This document shows, in pieces, positions 29,050 through 36,693 of a stretch of 64,000 nt of DNA (its first letter is position 1; each line of letters begins with the position of its first letter). Below the pieces are notes generated by a model that was not told the origin of the DNA, ran no database searches, and worked only from the letters and a program-made list of their open reading frames with translations. The DNA comes from a virus. The stretch lies in the IMG/VR virus record IMGVR_UViG_3300037095_000059; one strand, 5' to 3'. The position numbers were made by a program, and so were the translations under genes.

Positions 29050-29300
29050 CTCTGTTACCTCGTCCAGGTAATGGACGCGGGCAAGTCGTTTCTGTTCCGC
29101 TTGCCTCATACGGTTCGTTTCCCGTATGCCCAGACTGTTGCATACCCTTTCGGGTCTTCTTCGCTCAGTCGTTCACGGTCTCTTTCGAGTTCCGCCTCGT
29201 TGGCATTTCAGCGTTCGAGTCAATCAGAAGAAGTTTTACCTGCGCCGATGTTTTAACGCAGTGTGTTGGTGTAGCGAACGTTGTAGCTCACCCACGGAGA
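29050..29300 (-). mobile_element. group I intron-like core, copy B (approximate ends)
   Basis: Same architecture as copy A (..GACGCTGAAATGCCAA.., ..GCAACAGTCTGGGC.., ..GGTAACAGAG). Lies directly after the first in-frame stop of capsid exon 3. Confidence 0.5.
29062..29076. repeat. 15-bp motif copy
   Basis: GTCCAGGTAATGGAC; near the 3-prime end of intron-like copy B. Confidence 0.9.
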
Positions 29301-29304
29301 CTAC

Positions 29305-29489
29305 TTACATCAACTTTGTTGTCGGAGGCTGGGTTTGGTCACCACCGATTTGCCGAGCGGGGTCAGAACTGGAACCCTGCTCAGGTGCGCTCTGGATAAA
29401 CAGCTTGTAGTTCTTGCTGTTATCATTCGGGTTTTTGCCCAGGAAAACGCTGAAGATCGCGTCTTCACCGAAAATATAAGTGTTATAAA
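29305..29489 (-). CDS. major capsid protein, exon 3 (read to the first in-frame stop)
   Basis: (F)YNTYIFGEDAIFSVFLGKNPNDNSKNYKLFIQSAPEQGSSSDPARQIGG... is typical of HK97-fold capsid C-terminal regions. Whether further exons follow is unresolved. Confidence 0.5.
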
Positions 29490-29714
29490 CTCTCTGTTAA
29501 CTGCTGTGTTATCAGCAAGATACGTCATTTCTGCGTATCTCTCATACTTCATTTCGTATGAGAACGGACTATCGCATCGTCCATTACCTGGACGCCCCAT
29601 CGTTTAGTCTCTCACGGTCCCTTTCGGGTTCCGCCTTGTTGGCTTCTCAGCTTCCAAGTCGATTAGACGGGGTTCTCATTCGAGGGTTTCACCTCGATGA
29701 CGCCTACATTATTG
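29490..29714 (-). mobile_element. ORF-less group I intron C in the capsid gene
   Basis: Minus strand has P1 ACGT|...GCGT with U:G at the 5-prime splice site. Core elements GTCTAATCGAC, AAGGCGGAACC, GAGAGACTAAACG and GCGATAGTCCG, three terminal hairpins, and an end at ...CAGAGAG. Splicing joins ACG T + TT TAT in frame (..SGNT-F-YNTYIFG..). Confidence 0.65.
29579..29593. repeat. 15-bp motif copy
   Basis: GTCCATTACCTGGAC; inside intron C between the AGACTAAACG and GATAGTCC elements. Confidence 0.9.
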
Positions 29715-30293
29715 ACGTGTTGCCACTTATAGTCACGGTCGGAGCAGTTGTGGTTTGTTTGAACGTTACGCCAGCGAACGAGATAACATCCTCGTTCTTC
29801 GGCAGTTCAAACAGCATGGAACGCATGGAGTCGTCGCGCTTGATGATGTCGGACAATCCGTTGAAGGACGTGTCGTTCAGGATGTCGCGGACCACTGACG
29901 GGTGAATGATTCCGCCAAATTTGTTGTCCACGAGCGGACGTGCGTTCACGGCTACCAGGGACTGAGCGGCGGAACGAACGTTGTTGGCCGTCAGGTAGGA
30001 ACCGTTTGCGAGTTGAATGTTGACCAGGTTGTCAATCGCAACAGCCGAGTCAGCGGTAAGCTGGACAAGGGTGTTGAGGGTGAGGGCCAAGCGGTAGTTC
30101 AACTCATTTGCGAGATTCTGGAGTAGACCGGGGTCGTCGATTGCGACATCAAGTGCGAGGTCGCTAGAATTTATAAAATCGGCGTATTGCCCAATTGTGG
30201 CCAAAATCTTGTTGCTGGATTCAGAGATCGGACTTCCGACAGTGCCTTCTGCGGACTGGTTCAGGTTAGCGGAAAGCAGTGCGTAGGTGTAGA
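29715..30293 (-). CDS. major capsid protein, exon 2
   Basis: Frame is open from 30303. (F)YTYALLSANLNQSAEGTVGSPISESSNKILATIGQYADFINSSDLALDVAIDD... matches the usual capsid pattern (G.t..f..Y..l....l.EG..p......v.a....yG..). Track ORF 29704..30204 is the part after an internal TTG. Confidence 0.6.
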
Positions 30294-30303
30294 CTTTATG
30301 TGT

Positions 30304-31191
30304 TTAGGCCGTCAGCATCTCTGCTGGGGCGCTCTCGTCGTCGCCGACGAGAACAGGCTGTGTCTTCGGATTATTGAGAAAACGAATTGCATCGCACAAC
30401 TTCTTACGAAGCTCCCTATTTGGAGTTCTTGGAAGACGGACAAGCTCTAGAGCTATCTTGGCTTGCGGCCTCTTTGTTCTCAGGTAGGGTAGCACTTGGA
30501 GTAGAAAACTTTTGCGGTTCTCTTTTCCGGTGAGTTCCCAAGTGTAGAACTCTCTGGTGTTTCCTTTGGCTTCTTGCGTGTGAAACCACCCGCCGTACAA
30601 CCGCAGAAACAACTGGATAAGAGGGGCATAATTGTTGCCCATTCTAATTCGTAGCATCGGTTTACCGTCAGGAGTAAAAGCTGCTGATATGCAACCTTCG
30701 CCGTCCATGATTCCGGCCACGTATGCGTGCGTTAGTTTGTCTTCAACAAACCCGTCTAGCGTGTCAGTCGTTACGCATTCCCTGTTTTTCATCCCCCGGA
30801 TTTTGTCCATCAACTCTTTGCGTTTCGATGGGTTCTGCTGATCGCCGAGGTCGTAGAACTCCTGAAGTACCAGAGCCTCTTCCTTTTTGATTCGCAGATA
30901 CGGAAGGATATAAGAGAGAAATTGTGGGGCGGCATTCCTGCCGTTGATGTTCCACTGATACCAAACTTGGCCGCGTGCTGGCGTGTGCTTGGTGTAGAAG
31001 CCCCCAAAAGTTTCGACTAGCCCCTTTACCAGGGACAGTTCAACGCTGCTCATAACGATTCTAGGTTGGTAAGGAGTTGCTTTTCCGCCTTCTTTTACAG
31101 TCGGCTTGTATATCGAAAAGCACCCTTCCGCGTCCATCAAACCAGCGGCGTAGGCTTTTGTTCTTTCTCTCATAGGGTCTTTGCTCGGCAT
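30304..31191 (-). CDS. LAGLIDADG homing endonuclease (double motif)
   Basis: AAGLMDAEGCF and VAGIMDGEGCI motifs. Start taken at ATG 31191 after TTGGAGCAGACA. Has its own promoter upstream. Confidence 0.85.
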   Translation of the reverse strand: MPSKDPMRERTKAYAAGLMDAEGCFSIYKPTVKEGGKATPYQPRIVMSSVELSLVKGLVETFGGFYTKHTPARGQVWYQWNINGRNAAPQFLSYILPYLRIKKEEALVLQEFYDLGDQQNPSKRKELMDKIRGMKNRECVTTDTLDGFVEDKLTHAYVAGIMDGEGCISAAFTPDGKPMLRIRMGNNYAPLIQLFLRLYGGWFHTQEAKGNTREFYTWELTGKENRKSFLLQVLPYLRTKRPQAKIALELVRLPRTPNRELRKKLCDAIRFLNNPKTQPVLVGDDESAPAEMLTA

Positions 31192-31208
31192 TGTCTGCTC
31201 CAATTATT

Positions 31209-31237
31209 ATACTACCACACCGATAGTATTTTGTCAA
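31209..31237 (-). promoter_or_regulatory. sigma70-like promoter upstream of the LAGLIDADG gene
   Basis: Minus strand reads TTGACA-17 nt-(TGg)TAGTAT. Confidence 0.5.
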
Positions 31238-31283
31238 GCAGATTTTCACCGATTTAGCTAGATTTTAATTCAGCACCATAGAT

Positions 31284-31446
31284 ACTGAATCTGGTTGCCT
31301 TGGCGCAACGGCAGCGGACGCTGCTTGGTCATGCTAAGGAATGGAGTGTTTGCCTTCAGGTTAGGAATTGCTTCCCGCTCGTAGTGAATTGCTACCAAGT
31401 TGGGGAGAGCGCCCGAGGTGACTATACTGGCTGGTGAATAACTCAT
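31284..31446 (-). CDS. major capsid protein, exon 1
   Basis: ATG 31446 after AAAGGAGTAACTCAA. MSYSPASIVTSGALPNLVAIHYEREAIPNLKANTPFLSMTKQRPLPLRQGNQIQ. Unspliced, it stops after 58 codons, so it is absent from the track. Confidence 0.6.
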
Positions 31447-31464
31447 TTGAGTTACTCCTTTGTG

Positions 31465-32604
31465 TTAGATAGAGCGCCGACTTTTTGCAATGTGCATCTG
31501 AGTTGCCCGCCACAATGCTTGGTGGGCTTCGTCTGACATATTGTTTAAGTCCTCGGCTGAGGGCGCTGTGAGGGTCTCGGGCGGCGCGACGGGTGTTACG
31601 TCGTTTCTCCCAATTCCCAAAGCCGCTCTCGGGCGCGTCACCACTTGAACAATCCGTTCGTTGGGGCGCGGCGCAGGCAGTGCCGGTCCGTTTGACGGAA
31701 CCGCTACCGGCGGAGTGGGTTCGGCCTGTGGTTCAGGCGGAATTTGTCTTGACCTCGGGGCCGTGAGTAGCAATCCATCGCTGCTCAGGTCCGCAAAAGC
31801 CTCTTCAATGTTTGAAACTGTCCATTGTCCGGCGGAGTGAAGATCGAACATATTCGCGTCGGGTTTGCCGAGCTTGAACTTGCTCAGCCAGCGGACAATG
31901 AGGTTGAAATTCTTTCCCTCTCTGTCCGGGTAATAGTCGGGGTTCCTTCGAACAAACTCCTCGCCCACGGCCCCGGTTTCGAGGTTGGCGTCCGCGTTCG
32001 CTCCCTTTTGCGCCAAGGAGAACACTTCGTCCATTGTTACTCCCCGTGTCTTTTGCATCAGAGCATCGAAGGCAGCAGAGGGATCGGATTCCCACATGGT
32101 CTTGATCTCGAAGACTTCGTCCGCCGTCAGCTTCCGGGTAGTGGTCGCCATCTTTGGCGTGGCGGGCTGCGCGGGGGCGGGCGTTCCGAACTTCAGCTTC
32201 CCACTCAACTCCCGGATTTTCTTCGTGGCGTTCAGCTTGCCGGTCAGAACGTTAATCAGAAGCTCGTCTTTGTTCTTGCCCCAGAAGACCTCCGGTTTAG
32301 CGCCAGTGCCTGGGTCGAGCACAGCCTTCCACTGCCCTTTTTCCTTCGTGCGGGTAACGTAGGCCCCGTCTTCCAACTGAAAGACTTCCGGGCCTTCGGG
32401 CTCGGGCTCCACTACGGGAACAACGATCTCTGGTTCCGGCTGAGGATAGTTTGTAACTATCTCCGGAGTGATTAAGGGGTGCTCGTCCAAAAGGTCGGGG
32501 TTGATCTCGTCCAAGTGGGTTGCGCTAAAATCAACGTTGTTGAAAGGGTCGGGGGTGCCGTCTGAATTGAGGGCCCAGGGATCAATTACTGGTTGGTTTG
32601 CCAT
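31465..32604 (-). CDS. scaffolding-protein candidate, 379 aa
   Basis: Track ORF. Acidic and Pro-rich, immediately upstream of the capsid gene. Assigned by position only. Confidence 0.5.
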   Translation of the reverse strand: MANQPVIDPWALNSDGTPDPFNNVDFSATHLDEINPDLLDEHPLITPEIVTNYPQPEPEIVVPVVEPEPEGPEVFQLEDGAYVTRTKEKGQWKAVLDPGTGAKPEVFWGKNKDELLINVLTGKLNATKKIRELSGKLKFGTPAPAQPATPKMATTTRKLTADEVFEIKTMWESDPSAAFDALMQKTRGVTMDEVFSLAQKGANADANLETGAVGEEFVRRNPDYYPDREGKNFNLIVRWLSKFKLGKPDANMFDLHSAGQWTVSNIEEAFADLSSDGLLLTAPRSRQIPPEPQAEPTPPVAVPSNGPALPAPRPNERIVQVVTRPRAALGIGRNDVTPVAPPETLTAPSAEDLNNMSDEAHQALWRATQMHIAKSRRSI

Positions 32605-32645
32605 GTCTTTCCTTCTTCCTGGAATCCCCAGGAACGCTTAGGTTT

Positions 32646-32660
32646 GTCCATTATCCGGAC
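32646..32660. repeat. 15-bp motif copy
   Basis: GTCCATTATCCGGAC; intergenic, 42 nt upstream of the start at 32604. Confidence 0.9.
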
Positions 32661-32663
32661 GGG

Positions 32664-32897
32664 TTAGTTGTAAGATTGAACTTGAGGGCCTTCGAACGTA
32701 TTACAGCCGCCCGTCGTGTAAACAGGATTATAAGGCACCCAAAAAGGAATAGGATCATACGGCGAAGGACAACCCGGCCACGGAGGGTAAGAAGGAACCG
32801 GCACCGCGTTTTTGCGTCCACAACAGGGGCAATAGCCGCAAGCAGGACATACGTGCTGTTGGCCGCTCTGATAGTTTCCCAAAGGTTCTAAAGTCAT
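32664..32897 (-). CDS. Cys/Pro-rich small protein, 77 aa
   Basis: Track ORF trimmed to ATG 32897 (TAATG overlap). Confidence 0.45.
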   Translation of the reverse strand: MTLEPLGNYQSGQQHVCPACGYCPCCGRKNAVPVPSYPPWPGCPSPYDPIPFWVPYNPVYTTGGCNTFEGPQVQSYN

Positions 32898-33256
32898 TAT
32901 GCCCCCCTCTCTTTCATTAACTGAGCTACATCCGCTGCTTTGTACGCGCCGGACAACCAAGCGGCCACTTCTTCTGACGGGTGGTTGGCCGCCTCAATAG
33001 CCGAGTTGATGTCTTGTTGAAACTTCACAAACTGATCGTCCAAGGCAGAGGCCGCAGCGTGTACGGTCGGGACTGTGGGGTCGCCTGGGGGGAGATCGAC
33101 TAAAGCTTGTACTGCCTTGTCCCTATAGTCCCGCAAAACCTGAATGACGGTTTCCCACCCGGGGTGTGTGGTGACTATGCGAAGGGCCCGGCCTTTCTCG
33201 TACAAGCCGAGTTGGGCTTCTATCTCGGAAGGTTCGTATCTCTCATCTTCCAACAT
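32897..33256 (-). CDS. hypothetical protein, 119 aa
   Basis: Track ORF. Confidence 0.55.
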   Translation of the reverse strand: MLEDERYEPSEIEAQLGLYEKGRALRIVTTHPGWETVIQVLRDYRDKAVQALVDLPPGDPTVPTVHAAASALDDQFVKFQQDINSAIEAANHPSEEVAAWLSGAYKAADVAQLMKERGA

Positions 33257-33474
33257 TACAGTCCCCCGAGGATGTGTTCCAGGTTAACTACTCGTTTAGC
33301 GACCGGGGGCGGGGCGGAAGACAAGTTTCCTGGTCTTCCTGTCTTGACTTGGTGGGCCGCGTTGATGAGTCGCTGCAAATCGGCTTCCGACATGTTATCG
33401 AATTCGGTGCCCAGAATTCTGGCATCGGTGCTAGTATTTACTTGAAAATTGGGTTGGTACGTTGTACTAGACAT
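33256..33474 (-). CDS. hypothetical protein, 72 aa
   Basis: Track ORF trimmed to Met 18 to limit overlap with the upstream gene. Confidence 0.4.
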   Translation of the reverse strand: MSSTTYQPNFQVNTSTDARILGTEFDNMSEADLQRLINAAHQVKTGRPGNLSSAPPPVAKRVVNLEHILGGL

Positions 33475-33832
33475 TCTCGGCCCCCCGTTTCCAGGGCTTA
33501 TAGGCGTCCTGACCGGAGCATCCATCCCAACTAAACCCGCAAGGCGCTCCGCTGCCGTCTCTGTCGGAGACCACTAGATCATACAGCCAGCTATCTTTTG
33601 ACTTGCTTGGTCGTATCTTAGCCGCGAAGTATTTATCCACGAAAGCCGCTGGGTTCTTCTTGGCTTCCCCGTAGGCTGTTCCCGCAAGCAGCAAGGCTGT
33701 GATCTGAGAGTCCGAGTATTCTTCTAAAGAACTCGGCCTAATCTTTACACCCCGAAATTCAAGCCAGCGGTATTTGAGGCGTAACTTGGCAAGTCTAAGG
33801 CGCTTCCAAAGGTCTTCAAACCAATTCTTCAT
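33467..33832 (-). CDS. hypothetical protein, 121 aa
   Basis: Track ORF. Confidence 0.55.
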   Translation of the reverse strand: MKNWFEDLWKRLRLAKLRLKYRWLEFRGVKIRPSSLEEYSDSQITALLLAGTAYGEAKKNPAAFVDKYFAAKIRPSKSKDSWLYDLVVSDRDGSGAPCGFSWDGCSGQDAYKPWKRGAENV

Positions 33833-33873
33833 TCAATTTCCTCTCGGCAATCCGCCGAAACGGGTAGGTTGTT

Positions 33874-33888
33874 GTCCGGGAAATGGAC
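33874..33888. repeat. 15-bp motif copy (variant)
   Basis: GTCCGGGAAATGGAC; between the portal stop and the next start. Confidence 0.8.
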
Positions 33889-33891
33889 GGC

Positions 33892-35976
33892 TTACGCCTG
33901 ACTCCCAAACCCGGTCGTCTGAGTGTCCGGAGAGCCGGAAAGTTCTTCCGGTTCCACTGCTTTCTTGAAGGTCTCGCGGAGTACGTCACGCGCGGCGCGA
34001 GCCGTGTTGTCGGCATCCGCTTGCTGTTGCTGAGCCGCTGATTTCTGAGCGAGCAGAGCTTGCTGCGCCTGGAACTTTTGTTGCAGAACCCCGCCCTGGC
34101 TTTGCTGTTGCTGTCTCTGCAAGTCCTTGGGCGTCATCGGAACAACAACATCGTTCTGATTTTTCCAGTCGCTGGCTTCAAACCACATGCGAACTATCTC
34201 GTTTACGTCAATCTTCTTGCCTTCGACCGCAAGCTGTTCTACGATGGCGGGGTTGGACAGGAACTGTGATAGCATGGGCAAGCCCTGGGCCATGTTTCGG
34301 CGGGTCTGCATTTTGCTTCCAGCCAGTATCGCAAACTTGACTTTGGCATTCAGGATGTCGATCAAGTCGCCGCCCTGCGTCACATAGTCGTGCTTCAACT
34401 CCTCGCTCATAATCCAATCAAGCTGAGAAAGCGGAAGCATCATCTGGTTCATTTCCTGCATATCATATAGAAACGGAACGATAACCTGGTTGGCAATTTT
34501 GTCCACGAATTCGGAGACGGGGGTGCTTGCGCCTTGCAGCAAGCCTTGGGCTCCGGCAGAGGATCGAGCGAGATTTGAGTGTCCGCTTGCTCCCGATACC
34601 CCTTGCCCGCTCATTGAGCTATTTCCCGATACCGAGTCTACTCGGCTTTGGGACATGCCCAAGATTTGTCCAGCCTCGGGGACTGGGTCTCCAAATTTGA
34701 GGACCTCTAAATCTCCCTTGGTATCCACTTCTATCATCTTGGCGGGTCCGATGCGCACGCTCTGCGTCGGGATGCTCTTGCCTCGCACGCGGACAAACGG
34801 GGCTTGCAACTTCAAACTTACTGTATCAAGCAGCAGGTTTGTGGTTCCGGTTTGCAGGCGTTGTTCCGTGCCCACGGTCCGGCCCAAACCCATGCCCCAG
34901 AAACTTCCGGGGCTGTCCCACCAGCCAATGCTGAGGAACGGAATCTTGCCGTAGACGTTCTTGTCGTTGTAGATGACAAGTTTCTTTTGCAGGACGATGA
35001 TGTAGGTTTTATTGTCCCACCGCTCCAAAACCTCTAGGGGTTTTTGGAAAGGATCGGCAGTCGTCTCTTCCCACCGGGATTCAGCCCTTGCGTCATACAA
35101 GGGATTTCTTCCTTCTTCCTCTTGGATGTTGGACTCAACAGGCTCCTGTGGGGGGAAGAACAATTCGAGGAGTTTTTCCCTTGAAGGAATATCATAGCCT
35201 TCCCGGTCGCGCAGCTTGTCCAGGTCATCCCACGTCATGTAGCGGCGGCGGATAACATACTTCGCTTTGCGAATGTCCGGCACGTTTAGTCCGGGGTCCA
35301 CCAAGACTTCTTTCAGGTTGACGATGTGCTCGAAGGTGGGTCGGTCTATGACCTCTTCTATGATGTCTTCTTCTAACTCATCGTCCCCAATCGTAGTATC
35401 GGGGGCTCCGGGGATCGCGCTCTTGATTGTTACCGAAGGTGTTTTGCGCTTGACTATTTTGCGCTCACGTGTGAACTTTTCCCATCCTTCCTGGAATATG
35501 GCCGTGCCAAACAACAGGCAGTTTGCCATTCCCAAGCGCAGTTCTTCCCTGAAGTTGATGTCTTCCAGTTGGAAACCGAGCAACGCTTTTACTGCTCGGG
35601 CACATTGCGAACTTGTTCCCGGTCTTTCCTGAGCGAGGAATGGTGGGTTCTCGTAGAACAACCCGGCCAGGGCTTGGGGATTTATGCCGTTGACAGCGAG
35701 CGCGACCGTGAAGAAATTGACGGAGGCGGCTTCGAGTTGAGTGCCAGGCCAGTATCGAGCAACGAACTGCGAGTTATACAGATCGCGGGCCGTCGCAAAT
35801 TGAAGAATCCATTGGCGACGATTTTCTTCCTGCTCCGCTCTTTCAGTATCCTGAATAACCAGTTTCAAACTGGCATTCTCTTCGGAGGCCCAGGACCCGA
35901 CAGAAAGGAAGGACTTCGCTTCTTTGAGCGTTATGTCTTGGTGCGGATTAGGTACGGGCTCTGGAAGAATGCTCAT
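33892..35976 (-). CDS. portal protein candidate, 694 aa
   Basis: Size, position just downstream of the large terminase, and an acidic Q-rich C-terminal tail. No motif-level proof. Confidence 0.65.
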   Translation of the reverse strand: MSILPEPVPNPHQDITLKEAKSFLSVGSWASEENASLKLVIQDTERAEQEENRRQWILQFATARDLYNSQFVARYWPGTQLEAASVNFFTVALAVNGINPQALAGLFYENPPFLAQERPGTSSQCARAVKALLGFQLEDINFREELRLGMANCLLFGTAIFQEGWEKFTRERKIVKRKTPSVTIKSAIPGAPDTTIGDDELEEDIIEEVIDRPTFEHIVNLKEVLVDPGLNVPDIRKAKYVIRRRYMTWDDLDKLRDREGYDIPSREKLLELFFPPQEPVESNIQEEEGRNPLYDARAESRWEETTADPFQKPLEVLERWDNKTYIIVLQKKLVIYNDKNVYGKIPFLSIGWWDSPGSFWGMGLGRTVGTEQRLQTGTTNLLLDTVSLKLQAPFVRVRGKSIPTQSVRIGPAKMIEVDTKGDLEVLKFGDPVPEAGQILGMSQSRVDSVSGNSSMSGQGVSGASGHSNLARSSAGAQGLLQGASTPVSEFVDKIANQVIVPFLYDMQEMNQMMLPLSQLDWIMSEELKHDYVTQGGDLIDILNAKVKFAILAGSKMQTRRNMAQGLPMLSQFLSNPAIVEQLAVEGKKIDVNEIVRMWFEASDWKNQNDVVVPMTPKDLQRQQQQSQGGVLQQKFQAQQALLAQKSAAQQQQADADNTARAARDVLRETFKKAVEPEELSGSPDTQTTGFGSQA

Positions 35977-36014
35977 CTTTCCCCTTGTCGTTCAATATTC
36001 AAGAATATAGAATA

Positions 36015-36029
36015 GTCCATTAACCGGAC
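36015..36029. repeat. 15-bp motif copy
   Basis: GTCCATTAACCGGAC; 39 nt upstream of the portal start. Confidence 0.9.
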
Positions 36030-36298
36030 TACTCGCAGTCGTGGCTTCCGGAAGTTAGGTTCACGGAACAAGCGACTTTCACCGCTGTTCCGGCATCCGC
36101 CGAACTTGAGCCAACCTTGAAGTCGGAAGCGGTCACGTCGTTATTGACGTTCTGTGTCGGGGATTGTTTGACCAACTGGCCTTCGCCAGATGAAGAACCT
36201 TCGGCTCCGGTAGGGCCTACGGCAGGATAGTCAGACGGCTTGGAATCACGAGGATTTTCGAGATTGCCGCCACTTTTTACTAGAGTTCCAACAGCCAT
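36029..36298 (-). CDS. hypothetical protein, 89 aa
   Basis: Track ORF trimmed to ATG 36298 after AGAGGTTAAAA. Confidence 0.45.
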   Translation of the reverse strand: MAVGTLVKSGGNLENPRDSKPSDYPAVGPTGAEGSSSGEGQLVKQSPTQNVNNDVTASDFKVGSSSADAGTAVKVACSVNLTSGSHDCE

Positions 36299-36300
36299 TT

Positions 36301-36693
36301 TTAACCTCTTGATGTAGGCGCGAAGCCCAGGGTTGAGTTGTTCGTTAATTGTGGTGTCGGGGCAGACGCGCCCCACATGCTTATGGGCTTAGCCCCTTGT
36401 TGTTTAGGGAGAAGCCCGGGAGGAAAGTTCGGAGGAAGCGCCGGTCCATTATTCGGACCAGGGGGCGGGGTCGTCCACCCGTTGGGGCGGTCTACTTTGA
36501 GATGCGGCTGAAACGTAATTCCGAAGATTTCATACGTTCCGTTGTTTTCCACGTCCGAGGCGTTGCGCGGCATTTTGCTTATGAGCCGCTGTCCGATAGG
36601 TATGTTCCACCGGCTAGGAGTAGACAGGTGGTCCGCGTCGTGTGTGTAGAGGACCGTTCCGTCATCATCTTGGATTTCTACGTGGAGTTTCAT
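36301..36693 (-). CDS. hypothetical protein, 130 aa
   Basis: Track ORF. 1-nt overlap with the terminase stop. Confidence 0.55.
   Translation of the reverse strand: MKLHVEIQDDDGTVLYTHDADHLSTPSRWNIPIGQRLISKMPRNASDVENNGTYEIFGITFQPHLKVDRPNGWTTPPPGPNNGPALPPNFPPGLLPKQQGAKPISMWGASAPTPQLTNNSTLGFAPTSRG

Larger units (their letters stand above)
30294..31283 (-). mobile_element. intron D (group I-type) carrying the LAGLIDADG gene, in the capsid gene
   Basis: Exon end ATTCAGT pairs with the intron sequence GCTGAAT 11 nt downstream, giving U:G at the splice site. The intron ends in G at 30294. Joining gives CAG T+TC TAC = ..GNQIQ-F-YTYALL.. in frame. I could not locate a canonical core outside the ORF. 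Confidence 0.55.

Noticed and set aside
30304-31191. The LAGLIDADG element as an intein in the capsid protein
   Set aside because: It has its own promoter, RBS and stop codons. The flanking sequence upstream contains in-frame stops. The junctions fit RNA splicing (U:G P1, terminal G), not protein splicing.
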